A DNA stretch of 64,000 bases from Verrucomicrobiales bacterium. Its GTDB lineage: Bacteria; Verrucomicrobiota; Verrucomicrobiia; Limisphaerales; UBA9464. Numbering within the stretch: position 1 is the first letter of the stretch; each line of letters begins with the position of its first letter. Below the pieces are notes generated by a model, which was not told the DNA's origin, did not search any database, and saw nothing but the letters and a program-made list of their open reading frames with translations. The stretch covers positions 33,000-96,999 of the forward strand of contig JAIXZE010000077.1 in the NCBI GenBank assembly GCA_027489875.1, written 5' to 3'. The position numbers and the translations under genes were made by a program. Below, in pieces: positions 8,881-19,389 of this stretch.

Positions 8881-10234
8881 AGTGGCACAACGGACCTGGG
8901 CTCGAAAGCTCCGCGCCTACCTCCGGGTGTTCGCTTTGTTCGTCGGTGGGTTGAGCCACGCGGAGTCCGTCGTCGTTGTCCTCACACCGCATCCCGAAGA
9001 GATCCGGCAGGAGTTCGAGGCTGGATTCAACAAGTGGCACCAAGCGCGCCATGGTGAGCCAGTACGCATCGAATGGCGCGATGTGGGTGGGTCGGGCGAG
9101 GCCCAGCGGTTCGTTGAATCGGAATTCGCCTCGAAGCCTACCGGGATCGGGATCGACGTGTTCTTTGGAGGGGGCCCGGAGCCGTTCTTGGCGCTCGGGG
9201 ATCGGAAGTTGGTCGAGATCCATCGGCCTCCTGCCGAAGTCTTCGATGGATTGGGCCGGCAGGCCAATGGGGCGGAGGTCTTCGACCCGGGTTTGGGTTG
9301 GTTTGGTGCGTGCCTTTCGAGTTTTGGAATTCTTGAGAACACCCGGGTTCAGCGTCTGGTGGGGCTACCGTTGGTGGAGCGCTGGGATCAATTGGCCGAT
9401 CCGAGGCTCGTGGGTTGGGTTGGGGCAGGGGACCCGCGGTTGAGCGGGACCATGAACAACATGTACGAGGCGTTCCTGCAGGCTTACGGATGGGAGAAGG
9501 GGTGGGAACTGCTGACCCAGATCGCCGGCAACGTGCGTCAGTTTGATCGGTTGAGTTCCTCCACGGCCAAGGAAGCCTTGCTGGGCCAGGTGGCCTACGC
9601 GTTCTGCATCGACTACTACGGATTCATCCAGATCGAAGCCTCGGGAAGCACGAACATGACGTTCGTGCTTCCGAAGGATTTTGTATCCATCAGTCCGGAC
9701 GGCATCGCGATCCTGAAGGGGGCACCGCACCGGGAGGTTGCGGGGCGGTTGTTGGACTTCGTCCTTGGCGACGCCGGGCAGGCCTTGTGGATGCTGCCGG
9801 CGGGACACCCGGATGGGCCGCGGCGTCACTCGTTGGTGCGTCTGCCCGTGCGTCCAAGCCTTTACCAGAAATACGCAGGGCAATCTCCGATTCCGGTGAA
9901 CCCATTCACGGTGGAATCGGAGTTTCGCTACAACGCCCGGATCGCCCGTGCGCGCCGGGACATTGTCCGGAACCTGTTTGGTTCGCTGATCGTGGACTGC
10001 CATTCGGATTTGGTGCCGGCATGGCGCCGGGTGATTGCTGCCGGCTCGCCGGGAGCTGCGGTTCGCCTGCTGGGTTCCGTTCCGATGACCGAGGCCGAAG
10101 CCCTGGCCTTGGCGAAGGGGGAGTGGTCACAGGCGGAGGCGCGCAATCGATTGAAGGCTGGATGGCAGGCGTGGGCACAGGACAAGTACCGCCGAATTGC
10201 CCGCGATCCGAAAGTTGTCTTGCAGGAACACTGA
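8864..10234 (+). CDS. ABC transporter substrate-binding protein (Fe3+/thiamine-like family)
   Basis: IDVFFGGG, GDPRLSG, SPDGIAILKGAP; directly upstream of an ABC ATPase. Confidence 0.78.
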   Translation: MKTTDEVAQRTWARKLRAYLRVFALFVGGLSHAESVVVVLTPHPEEIRQEFEAGFNKWHQARHGEPVRIEWRDVGGSGEAQRFVESEFASKPTGIGIDVFFGGGPEPFLALGDRKLVEIHRPPAEVFDGLGRQANGAEVFDPGLGWFGACLSSFGILENTRVQRLVGLPLVERWDQLADPRLVGWVGAGDPRLSGTMNNMYEAFLQAYGWEKGWELLTQIAGNVRQFDRLSSSTAKEALLGQVAYAFCIDYYGFIQIEASGSTNMTFVLPKDFVSISPDGIAILKGAPHREVAGRLLDFVLGDAGQALWMLPAGHPDGPRRHSLVRLPVRPSLYQKYAGQSPIPVNPFTVESEFRYNARIARARRDIVRNLFGSLIVDCHSDLVPAWRRVIAAGSPGAAVRLLGSVPMTEAEALALAKGEWSQAEARNRLKAGWQAWAQDKYRRIARDPKVVLQEH

Positions 10235-10237
10235 CTC

Positions 10238-11287
10238 ATGCAGATCACCATTCGAGAGCTGACCAAGACCTTTGGATCCACCCCAGTCCTGAAGGGAGTC
10301 TCCCTGGAGATCCGGTCGGGTGAACTGTTTTTCCTGCTCGGGCCCTCCGGATGTGGAAAGACGACGCTGCTTCGCTTGGTGGCGGGCTTCTATCCTCCTG
10401 ATTCCGGGGATGTGCGTTTTGGAGATCGTTGTGTCAACGATGTGCCTCCGCATCTTCGAAATACCGGGATGGTGTTTCAGAGCTATGCGTTGTGGCCACA
10501 CATGACGGTGGCCGAGAACGTGGCCTACGGTCTGGACGTTCGGAGCGTGCCAGCCAAGGAGCGGGCGCAAAGGGTCCGAGAAGCCTTGGGGATGGTGCGG
10601 ATGGAGGATCTGGCGGACAGGACGCCGAACCAGTTGTCGGGCGGGCAGCAGCAACGCGTGGCATTGGCGCGGGCCCTGGTGATCCGTCCGGACGTCCTCC
10701 TGCTGGACGAGCCGCTCTCGAATCTGGATGCGCGGTTGCGGTTGGAGATGCGCGACGAGATCCGACGCCTGCATCAGGAATTGAAGCTGACGACGATCTA
10801 CGTGACGCACGACCAGAAGGAGGCCTTGTCCCTGGCGGATCGGATGGCAGTCCTGCGCGGTGGTGTGATCGAGCAGTTGGCGGATCCACGCACGGTGTAC
10901 CGGCGGCCGAGTTCGAGGTTTGTGGCGGACTTCATCGGCGAGAGCAATTGGTTGGAGGGAGAAATCGAGGAGGCGGGTGACCAACGATTGGTGGCCCGAA
11001 CGGGAATCGGAGACTTTGAAGCAAGCCCGCGCGCTGGAGTCCAGCGGGGGATGAAGGTTTGGGTCGGCATCCGGCCGGAGGCCTTGGATTGGGCCGAGGG
11101 AGGAACCAACGTCATCGAGGCGGAACTGCGGCAGACCAACTACCTGGGTGAGATCGAGGAATATGTCCTCGCCGTCGGAGAGGCGTCGTTCAAATGTTTC
11201 GTCCAGAATCCGGAAAGGGTTCTCGCACCCGGTACGAAACTGAAGATGCGGGTCCGGCCAGACGACCTGCTGGTGCTGCCGCGGTGA
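10238..11287 (+). CDS. ABC transporter ATP-binding protein (PotA/FbpC-like, TOBE domain)
   Basis: [28 protein letters not shown]. Confidence 0.93.
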   Translation: MQITIRELTKTFGSTPVLKGVSLEIRSGELFFLLGPSGCGKTTLLRLVAGFYPPDSGDVRFGDRCVNDVPPHLRNTGMVFQSYALWPHMTVAENVAYGLDVRSVPAKERAQRVREALGMVRMEDLADRTPNQLSGGQQQRVALARALVIRPDVLLLDEPLSNLDARLRLEMRDEIRRLHQELKLTTIYVTHDQKEALSLADRMAVLRGGVIEQLADPRTVYRRPSSRFVADFIGESNWLEGEIEEAGDQRLVARTGIGDFEASPRAGVQRGMKVWVGIRPEALDWAEGGTNVIEAELRQTNYLGEIEEYVLAVGEASFKCFVQNPERVLAPGTKLKMRVRPDDLLVLPR

Positions 11288-11313
11288 GGCAGGAGGTTGG
11301 AAGCTGGCTGCGG

Positions 11314-14265
11314 CTAGCGTCCCTCCTGGATGAAGGCAATCAGGTCCCGTACGTCCTGCGGGGTTCGTCCTGCTTCGAGTCCTTCGGGCATCAAGGAGGA
11401 TCCACTGCTGGAAACACGCACCGCGTCGCGTCGGTTGATGACGGAGCGTACCCCGCCTGCCTGAACCAGGGTGATCAGGTCACCAGTCCCTTCAACCAGG
11501 AGACCTGAGATCGTCTCGCCATCCTTGGTCTCGACGTTGTACGCCACGAAGCCGGGGTTGATGGCCATGTTGGGATCCAGAATGTTGCCCACGAGATCTT
11601 CGACGCTTCGGTGGGCGACCCCGGAAAGATCGGGTCCAACGCGTTGTCCCAGGTCGGCACAGCGATGGCAGGGAGCGCACGATTGGCGGAAGTACTCGCG
11701 TCCGCGTGAAGCATTGCCCATGGGCGGAAGTCGACGGATCCAGTCCTCCACGGTTTGCCTGCGATTGGAGTATTCCTCGTCGCCCATGAACTTCGCCGCG
11801 CGGCGGCCAATCTCTGCGGAGGAGCCACGGAGGAGACGACGGCGTTGTTCGAGATCCAGATGAAGTTCACCGACGGAAAGCGTGCCGCCTTCGAGGGCTG
11901 CGATGAGCGGGGCATGGAAGTTTCGCCGGTCCAGAAGGATCTTGAGGATGCTTGGTCTCGTTTCCGGCCCGTAGCTTCGCCAGGCCGCGACGAGTGCTTC
12001 GCCGATGGACGTTTCCCGTTGCTCGCGGAGGATGCCCAGGGCCGCCGTCTGGACATCGAGGGATTCCCGGGCAGACAGGAGAGACACCAATGGTGCCGGG
12101 GACTCGGCATGGGCGAGCAGCGAGATGGCCTGAACGCGATCATGTTCGGCCAGCGCGGTGTTGGTCGCGCGTGCCCAGGCACCTTTCAATCGCTCGGGGG
12201 CCGTCAGGGTCCCTTGCCCGAGTTTCGCCAGAGCCCAGATCTCGCTGACTTCCGTGTCACTGAGCTTTTCCGAGCTCCGGCCTGCGAAGCCGATGAATTC
12301 CGCCGACCAGATGGGCGGCTCCGCGCGTCGGGCAATGCCTTTGCGAAGCCCGTTGAACAGCGCCACCCGAACCTCGATCTGGGGAAGGCGGGCGGCATTC
12401 TCAAGGATTTGCCGAATCTCCGTCTCGCCTACGTCAGCCGTAGACGCCACCGATTCGGCCGCTTCGTGGAAGGCAGCTGCTGGTAGGGGCTGCGGCCCGG
12501 CCGCTGCCAGCATTCTTTCGAGCAATCGGGGACGGTCTGAATCCGCCACGGCGATCAGCACCGCCCTTCGGATCCATGGATCATTGGGATCCCGCTGGAG
12601 GAGGTCAGCCAACGCGGTGAATGAGGCTTTCTCGCGAGCGTGCCTGAGGGTGATCGCTGCCTGAAACCGTACGCGACCATCCGGATCCCGGGTCAGGCTC
12701 CGCACGAGGGCTTCCAGGGATGCGTAGCGGGTGGTCTCCAAGTGCACCAGGCGAAGTGTTGCTTCCCTGACTTCATTGGTGGTGTGCCGGAGTCCATGGG
12801 CGAGGTCGGAGGCGTCCAGGGTTCCGAGGCCATCGAGGGTCCAAAGGGCGTGCAGGACGCTACTTGGGCCATGTGCATTGGTCTCCGATCCAGCGACCAT
12901 TTGGCGCAAGGCAGGTGTCAGATGGGTCGCCTGACGCTCAATGCTGAGGCGCTGGGCGGTGACCCGCCACCATTGATCGGGATGACGGAGTCCGGAGATC
13001 AGGGACTGGTCATCTGGAAAGCCGTTGGGAACGACGATCCCTGACTTCGGGCCTTTGGGGCGGATGCGCCAGATGCGGCCTCGGTCCGAGCCTTGGCGGA
13101 TGTCTACTTTCTCCCGTGCTTTCGCCGGGATGTAGTCGGGGTGCTCGATGACTTCCCGCTGCATGTCGAGGAGGTAGAGAGCCCCGTCGGGCCCTGCCTC
13201 GAGCCCGACCGGCCGGAAGGCGGGATCCTTGCCCGCCAGGAATTCCCGACCCTGTTCATCCGGAGAACGACTGGCGACGAGAGCGGCTCCATGGGACCGG
13301 ATGATGTCGCGGTGGACGAGGTTCCCGACGACGTCACAAACAAAGACGGACCCGGGAAGGTCTCCCGGCCAGCCAGGGACACCCAGATAGCCCATGCCGC
13401 CCGCCGCGGAAAAATGGCCTGACTGCTCGGGATGGTTGGGGCGGGTGACGGCGGTCGAGATCGGGTAGATCCGAGCCATTTCCCCGTGGTCCGAGATGCT
13501 TGCCGTGGTGTTTCCAGCGGGAAGTCCGCTCCTGCCGATCCCGTCCGCGACGTCCATGTAACGGTGCTGGATGTGGTCGATGTTGTATGTGGTGAAAGCA
13601 CGGCCCCATTGGTCGAAAACGAGCCCGAAGCCACCGCCGGTGCGGCCTGTGATGCGCACGGAACCGTTGTCGGGGTTGAAGGAAAAGTCGTTTTCCCCCA
13701 ACTCCACGGTGGGTCCTCCTTTGGGTGAGCGAAGTCGTCCGCCGTTGCCCCCATTGGCCCCGTGGATCCGGTTGTCCGGGCCGAATCGCAATCCGTTGAC
13801 GAGGCTGTCGCTCACACCCGGGAGGAATCCGGTGAGAACAACTTCCCGAACATCGGCGATGCCGTCTCCGTTCGTGTCCTTCAGAAACAGCAGATCCGGT
13901 GCAGCCGCCACGAGCACCCCACCGCGCCAGGGGGTCACCGAGGTTGCGTAACTGATGTTGGTCGCGAAAAGCGTCGATCGGTCGGCCCGACCGTCGGCGT
14001 TGGTATCCTGAATCCATCGGATCGAGGAACCGACCTGTCCGTTTGGCCCGACGCCGTAGGGATAGTCGCGGCATTCGGCGACGTAGGCGCTGCCCCATTC
14101 ATCGAAGGCGATGGCGACGGGATCAATGACATCGGGTTCCGAGGCCCACAGCTGAATCTCGAGGCGGGGGTCGACCTGGAAGTCTTCTGCTGTGGGAGGG
14201 GTGGCCGTGTTGCCGGACTCCAGGACAGTGGCCATCAGGAGAGCGGCCATGGGGAGTGCTTTCAT
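11314..14265 (-). CDS. PVC-type membrane-bound dehydrogenase-like protein with HEAT repeats and C-terminal cytochrome c
   Basis: N-terminal propeller (DTNADGRAD, FRPVGLEAGPDGALY), HEAT-like helices, CAPCH heme motif, GPDL, SLMPEGL. Confidence 0.85.
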   Translation of the reverse strand: MKALPMAALLMATVLESGNTATPPTAEDFQVDPRLEIQLWASEPDVIDPVAIAFDEWGSAYVAECRDYPYGVGPNGQVGSSIRWIQDTNADGRADRSTLFATNISYATSVTPWRGGVLVAAAPDLLFLKDTNGDGIADVREVVLTGFLPGVSDSLVNGLRFGPDNRIHGANGGNGGRLRSPKGGPTVELGENDFSFNPDNGSVRITGRTGGGFGLVFDQWGRAFTTYNIDHIQHRYMDVADGIGRSGLPAGNTTASISDHGEMARIYPISTAVTRPNHPEQSGHFSAAGGMGYLGVPGWPGDLPGSVFVCDVVGNLVHRDIIRSHGAALVASRSPDEQGREFLAGKDPAFRPVGLEAGPDGALYLLDMQREVIEHPDYIPAKAREKVDIRQGSDRGRIWRIRPKGPKSGIVVPNGFPDDQSLISGLRHPDQWWRVTAQRLSIERQATHLTPALRQMVAGSETNAHGPSSVLHALWTLDGLGTLDASDLAHGLRHTTNEVREATLRLVHLETTRYASLEALVRSLTRDPDGRVRFQAAITLRHAREKASFTALADLLQRDPNDPWIRRAVLIAVADSDRPRLLERMLAAAGPQPLPAAAFHEAAESVASTADVGETEIRQILENAARLPQIEVRVALFNGLRKGIARRAEPPIWSAEFIGFAGRSSEKLSDTEVSEIWALAKLGQGTLTAPERLKGAWARATNTALAEHDRVQAISLLAHAESPAPLVSLLSARESLDVQTAALGILREQRETSIGEALVAAWRSYGPETRPSILKILLDRRNFHAPLIAALEGGTLSVGELHLDLEQRRRLLRGSSAEIGRRAAKFMGDEEYSNRRQTVEDWIRRLPPMGNASRGREYFRQSCAPCHRCADLGQRVGPDLSGVAHRSVEDLVGNILDPNMAINPGFVAYNVETKDGETISGLLVEGTGDLITLVQAGGVRSVINRRDAVRVSSSGSSLMPEGLEAGRTPQDVRDLIAFIQEGR

Positions 14266-14353
14266 CCGGCGGCAGATTGACAGGGGTTGGTCACGGCTGG
14301 GAAGGACAGGGTGGCGGAGGTCGCGAGAGAGTTGCTTCGCCACAACTTGAGGG

Positions 14354-14381
14354 TTGCGGTGGGGGGGGGCTTACCTATGCT
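14354..14381 (+). promoter_or_regulatory. Putative sigma70 promoter with a G9 tract in the spacer
   Basis: TTGCGG-16 nt (contains G9)-TATGCT, 6 nt before the ATG at 14388. Confidence 0.45.
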
Positions 14382-14387
14382 GCCGCC

Positions 14388-14615
14388 ATGAAACTTGGGC
14401 GAAGACTGACTTTGGTCGCCGGGGCCGCCGCTGCCGGATTACTGATGACCGGTTGTGGCGGAGTCAATGCGACTGGTAGTGTTTCGCCGGCAACGTTTCT
14501 CCTGCCTGGCATCCTGTACAAAACCCCCGAGGTGAAGCCTCTGGATCCGGTGCGTGCGCCCGAGGTGGTGGGTCGCTCCGATGGGCAGGAAAGCAGTGCC
14601 GCCGGCCAGCCTTGA
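14388..14615 (+). CDS. Small lipoprotein
   Basis: MKLGRRLTLVAGAAAAGLLMTGC lipobox signal. Confidence 0.7.
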   Translation: MKLGRRLTLVAGAAAAGLLMTGCGGVNATGSVSPATFLLPGILYKTPEVKPLDPVRAPEVVGRSDGQESSAAGQP

Positions 14616-14689
14616 TCCGCAACGTTTCAGGATGATTTACCCGTCGACCCGAGGGTCTGTCCGCTTCCAGTTTCGAGTCTGATTTTCCC

Positions 14690-16135
14690 ATGCGTTTCCC
14701 CCTTGCTCCGACCGCCAAAATTGCGCGGCACATCGTCAAAAACAAACTTCAGGGCAACAAGAAGTTCGCCATGGTCCTGCAGCTGGAGCCGCTGCATACC
14801 TGCAACTTGACCTGCACCGGTTGCGGACGGATCCGGGAGTATTCGACGTCCCTGAAAGACCTTGTTCCTCTGGATCAATGTCTGGCGGCGGCAGCCGAGT
14901 GCGACGCCCCGATGATTTCCATCTGCGGCGGGGAGCCCCTCATCTACCCGAAGATCGAGGAATTGGTTGCCGGACTCCTGGGGCAGGGACGCCTGGTCTA
15001 CATCTGCACCAACGGCGTCTTCATGCGGAAGAAGATGCGGGAGTACATGGCTGCGGTGTATTCGCCGGAGATCGAAGCGATCCTGGTTCGATTGGTGGCG
15101 GAGAAGCTGGTGACGGAGAAGGAAGCCGAGACCATCCGGAATCCGGATGCGACGGCGCGGCAGAAAGTCGTGATCCGCCCTTCGCAGTGGCACTACTGGA
15201 ACGTCCATGTCGACGGCCTTGAGTACACCCACGACCTGATCGTGGAACGGGAGGGTGTCTTCAAGGAATGCGTTGCGGCCATCCGGATGGCGAAACATCT
15301 GGGGTATCAGATCGCGACCAATACGACGGTGTACAAGGAGACGGACACCGCGGAACTCGAGGAGATGTTCAAGTTCCTGAGCTCGCTGGGTGTGGATGGG
15401 CACACCATTTCTCCTGGATACGACTACGACGCGGCCAAGAAGGACATGGTGAAGCGTCTGGGCAAGGATCCTGCCGCCTTCTTCCTCACACGTGACCTGA
15501 CCCGAAACAAATTCCGGGACATCGAGCGTTGGGGCGACATGTTCACGATCTTTGGCACCCCGGGCTATCTGGAGTTCCTGGCAGGCAAGCGTGAACTCGC
15601 ATGCAGTGCGTGGGCCGTGCCGACCTATAATGTCCGGGGATGGAAAGCCCCCTGTTATGTGATGACCGAGGGCCATTACAAGACCTATGCCGAGATGCTG
15701 GAAAAGGTGGCGTGGGATCGGTTCGGTGTGGACGACAAGGGCTGTGGTCGGGATGCCCGTTGCGAGAACTGCATGATGCACTCCGGCTTTGAGCCGACAG
15801 CGGCATTGTCCGGCGGGATCCGTGATTCCTGGATCAATTTCAAATACAACTTTGGATCCAAGCCGCCGGCGTTTCCGCATACGGCTGCACTTGAGAAGAC
15901 TGCGTTCAACGGCGTGACCATCGGTAAGGGTCACCTTGCGGAAGCGAAGGCCGCTGTAAACCGGGAACTGTCCGGCGCCAAGAGTGCATTCGCCCGCGGG
16001 GGCAATGACATTCCCCATGCACACGGTGCGGAGGAGGGGACGGGTGGTGGCTGCAGTACCGGCGATACGAGCCAGCGGGACGCGCTTCTGGCGAAGATCA
16101 ATCTGGCCGGCAAGATTGAGGTCAAATCCGAGTAG
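14690..16135 (+). CDS. hpnH: Adenosyl-hopene transferase HpnH-like radical SAM protein
   Basis: LEPLHTCNLTCTGCGRI, GGEPL, CSAWAVPTYN, APCY, CENCMMHSGFE; adjacent to hpnJ. Confidence 0.8.
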   Translation: MRFPLAPTAKIARHIVKNKLQGNKKFAMVLQLEPLHTCNLTCTGCGRIREYSTSLKDLVPLDQCLAAAAECDAPMISICGGEPLIYPKIEELVAGLLGQGRLVYICTNGVFMRKKMREYMAAVYSPEIEAILVRLVAEKLVTEKEAETIRNPDATARQKVVIRPSQWHYWNVHVDGLEYTHDLIVEREGVFKECVAAIRMAKHLGYQIATNTTVYKETDTAELEEMFKFLSSLGVDGHTISPGYDYDAAKKDMVKRLGKDPAAFFLTRDLTRNKFRDIERWGDMFTIFGTPGYLEFLAGKRELACSAWAVPTYNVRGWKAPCYVMTEGHYKTYAEMLEKVAWDRFGVDDKGCGRDARCENCMMHSGFEPTAALSGGIRDSWINFKYNFGSKPPAFPHTAALEKTAFNGVTIGKGHLAEAKAAVNRELSGAKSAFARGGNDIPHAHGAEEGTGGGCSTGDTSQRDALLAKINLAGKIEVKSE

Positions 16136-16192
16136 AACGGCCGGATGACTGGATCCGATGGCAGTGAAGGATTCGGATTCCGGTGCCCGTAG

Positions 16193-17650
16193 ATGAGTGC
16201 CTTGTTCTTATCACCGCCGTCCTTTGACGGTTTTGATGGTGGTGCTGGATCGCGATACCAAGCGCGTCGGGAGGTCACCTCTTACTGGTACCCGACGTGG
16301 TTGGCGCAACCCGCGGCGTTGGTGCACGGTTCCCGGCTCCTGGATTGTCCGCCACTCGGGATGGGCATTGCCGAGTGCCTGACGATCGCGTCTGGGTATG
16401 ATGACGTTATCATCCACACCTCGACTCCGTCGCTTCGGAATGATTCCCGGGTGGCGGAGGCGATCAAGGCACAGCGTCCTGAAACTCGGATTGGGTTCGT
16501 GGGTGCCCACGCCGCGGTACTTCCAACGGAGACCTTGAAAGTGTCACCGGCGGTGGATTGGGTGGGGCGGAAGGAATTTGATTTCACCTGCCTGGAGGTT
16601 TGTGAAGGCCGGCCGATGGAAGGGATCGCCGGACTCAGCTTCAAGAAGGACGGCCGGATCATCCACAACCGGGAGCGGGAGTTGATCCAGGACATGGACA
16701 CGTTGCCTTGGGTTGCTGACGTGTATCGGCGGGATCTGGCCATCGAGAAGTACTTCATCGGCTATCTTCTGCATCCCTACGTCAGCATGTACACGGGGCG
16801 AGGGTGTCCCGCGCAGTGCACGTTCTGTCTCTGGCCGCAGACGATTGGTGGGCATCGATATCGGGTTCGCTCTGCAGCGAACGTTGCGGGGGAGATGGCC
16901 TATATGAAGGGGATCTTCCCGCAGGTGAAGGAGTTCTTCTTTGATGACGACACGTTCACGGCCAACCTGCCTCGTGCACGCGAGATTGCCCGCCAATTGG
17001 CACCGCTTGGCCTGACCTGGAGTTGCAACAGTCGGGCCAACCTGGAGTACGACACCATCTCTTACCTTCGTGACTGCGGATTGCGGCTCTTCCTGGTCGG
17101 TTACGAATCGGGTAACGACGACATCCTGCGTCGCATCAAGAAGGGCGTGACCACGGAGGAAATGCGACGATTTACGCGTTCCTGTCACGAAGCGGGGGTG
17201 GTGATCCACGGAACGTTCATTCTTGGGTTGCCGGTGGAAACGCCCGAGACGATCGAGCAGACGATCCGTTTCGCGATGGAGTTGGACGTCTTTTCCATCC
17301 AGGTCTCACTGGCTGCCCCGTATCCGGGAACGGAGTTGTATGAGATGGCGCGGCAGAACGGGTGGTTCTCAAAGAAGGACAAGACGGACATTGTGCATGG
17401 CGACGGGTTCCAGCAATCGACGCTGGAGTATCCTGGCCTGAGCAAGGAGCGGGTCTTCGAAGAGGTGGATCGATTTTACCGGAGTTACTACCTGCGTCCC
17501 AAGCCGGTGCTCCGAATCATCCGAACCATGCTGGAGGAAAAGGATGTTTTCGTTCGACGCTGTCGGGAGGGGTTCGAGTTTTTCCGGAGCCTGAGACAGC
17601 GGAAGGACAGCATGGGAAGTCAGCGTCCGGGTTGGTCCGACAGGCAGTGA
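16193..17650 (+). CDS. hpnJ: Hopanoid biosynthesis radical SAM protein HpnJ
   Basis: PPSFDGFDGGAGSRYQARRE, TGRGCPAQCTFCLWPQTIGGH, FFDDDTFT. Confidence 0.92.
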   Translation: MSALFLSPPSFDGFDGGAGSRYQARREVTSYWYPTWLAQPAALVHGSRLLDCPPLGMGIAECLTIASGYDDVIIHTSTPSLRNDSRVAEAIKAQRPETRIGFVGAHAAVLPTETLKVSPAVDWVGRKEFDFTCLEVCEGRPMEGIAGLSFKKDGRIIHNRERELIQDMDTLPWVADVYRRDLAIEKYFIGYLLHPYVSMYTGRGCPAQCTFCLWPQTIGGHRYRVRSAANVAGEMAYMKGIFPQVKEFFFDDDTFTANLPRAREIARQLAPLGLTWSCNSRANLEYDTISYLRDCGLRLFLVGYESGNDDILRRIKKGVTTEEMRRFTRSCHEAGVVIHGTFILGLPVETPETIEQTIRFAMELDVFSIQVSLAAPYPGTELYEMARQNGWFSKKDKTDIVHGDGFQQSTLEYPGLSKERVFEEVDRFYRSYYLRPKPVLRIIRTMLEEKDVFVRRCREGFEFFRSLRQRKDSMGSQRPGWSDRQ

Positions 17651-17692
17651 GCTCCGCCGGACGAACCGGCGGGTGGCACTCCTCGAAGGCCG

Positions 17693-19273
17693 TTACGGCG
17701 AAGGCGCGCGGTTGATCTGGTAGAGGTTCTCGGATGCACCCTTCGCACTTCCGGTCCAGACGGGTTCCCCGAGCAGGTCGCGCAAGGGCTGCAATTCCTC
17801 GAACTTGATGAGTCTTGGGCGGGTTCCGAGATCGCTCGTACTCCACTTCTCCCTGGACCTGTCGACGACGCCATAGATGAAGACGCGATTGCCTGATGCG
17901 AGGTGCCCGCGAATCCTTGACCACAGTTCCACCGGGCCGTCGTGGTAATTCATGAGGTCCAACCGCTTCTGGTCTGGGTTGCTTGCGCAGAAGAATGCCG
18001 GGTCACCCCAGGCGTCGCAGATGAGGAGATCCGAGGGTTTCAGCGTTTCGGAAAGGGCCTTTGCGGTGCTGATTGGGGCGGAATTGGGGTTGTTGGAGCG
18101 TACGAGGATTCTGGGAACATTGCAGGCGACCTGAATCATGAGGCAGAACACAAGGAAGCCCGAGCCGCGTCTGTAGGAGGTGGCAACAATGATGCCCAGG
18201 AGTTGGATCACTGAAACGGGGAGCAGCCAGAGCTTCCAGTATTGGGGGTTGAGGTAGAGAGGGGGAAAAGTGCAGGCGGCAAAGCCCAGCGCCAGCGGCC
18301 ACCGAAACCGTTGGAGGTGATCTCGAGGGGTGATCAGCAAGGATGCGCCTGCCAGTGCCCAAATGGTGAGGATCTGAAGGGAGCAGACAACTTTCCAAAC
18401 CGGACTGAGCCTCTTGAAGCCGGCCAACAGACCTGGCCACTCTGACAAAGGCCATGGGTTTGCGAGGGCAACGGAGAAGCCCAGAGGCACCCGGATGGTT
18501 TGGCCGAGGGTGAAGAATCCCCAGTACTCCCCATCGTTCTTTGCGGTCGCGTATTTGATGAAGCCCGAGAGGCCAGGCTTGCCATTGAGATGTGCAGCCA
18601 GCCCGAACAACAAGAAGCCCATTGCACCCGCGGCCACGGTCCATGGCAGGACGTCCCGCCATCGGCGACAGTGGATCCAGAGCACGAAAGGGCCGACGAG
18701 AAAGTAACTCTGATAGGATGCGACCGCGATGGCCCAACAGGCACCACTCAGAATCCCGGATCCCTTCCCGAGGTTCGAAAAGGTTCCGAGGTAGAGGGAA
18801 AGCATGAACCAGAACTGAGCGGACATGGGCTCGGTCGTCTGGGTGCTGTGATAGGTCGAAGCACTCGTCAGACCCAGTGCGAGCCCACCAAGGAGGGCAA
18901 GGTTGCGCTTTACCCCGATTCGTCCGAGCCACGCACAGCCGATGGCGGATGCGGCTGCCCCAAGGATCGAATTCATCGCGGTCAATGCGTCCAGCCGGTG
19001 GACCATGTCAGTGCCTGCCCAGCCCTTCACCAAGGCCCACCAAGCGGCAAAATAAACGCTGGTGAAGGGGTGGTTGGCTCCCTCGACACTCGGTGGGCCG
19101 AACATGACGCCAACACGCTTCAAGGCATCGCCATCGTAGTGTCGTGCTGGAAACGCCAAGTAGAGCGCACACAGAACTGCGAAGATCGTCCAGGGCCCCC
19201 AGGCTGGAAGGGAACTCTGGACGCTCGGCTCTTCGGGGGACTGGTGTGCGGCTTTGGCCGTGGTGCCTTCCAT
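17693..19273 (-). CDS. Polytopic membrane protein, possible GT-C fold glycosyltransferase
   Basis: Many hydrophobic segments, YDGDAL...HP loop after TM1 and a C-terminal soluble domain. Confidence 0.55.
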   Translation of the reverse strand: MEGTTAKAAHQSPEEPSVQSSLPAWGPWTIFAVLCALYLAFPARHYDGDALKRVGVMFGPPSVEGANHPFTSVYFAAWWALVKGWAGTDMVHRLDALTAMNSILGAAASAIGCAWLGRIGVKRNLALLGGLALGLTSASTYHSTQTTEPMSAQFWFMLSLYLGTFSNLGKGSGILSGACWAIAVASYQSYFLVGPFVLWIHCRRWRDVLPWTVAAGAMGFLLFGLAAHLNGKPGLSGFIKYATAKNDGEYWGFFTLGQTIRVPLGFSVALANPWPLSEWPGLLAGFKRLSPVWKVVCSLQILTIWALAGASLLITPRDHLQRFRWPLALGFAACTFPPLYLNPQYWKLWLLPVSVIQLLGIIVATSYRRGSGFLVFCLMIQVACNVPRILVRSNNPNSAPISTAKALSETLKPSDLLICDAWGDPAFFCASNPDQKRLDLMNYHDGPVELWSRIRGHLASGNRVFIYGVVDRSREKWSTSDLGTRPRLIKFEELQPLRDLLGEPVWTGSAKGASENLYQINRAPSP

Positions 19274-19389
19274 GTTCCCAATCATTGGGAAATCGAGTTC
19301 TTCAAGTCACGACCATATCTGGATCGAATTTGTTCCGTCCTTGGAGGTGCGTTGACTCCCGCGGGCTGGAGACGGACGCTGGCTTCCGC

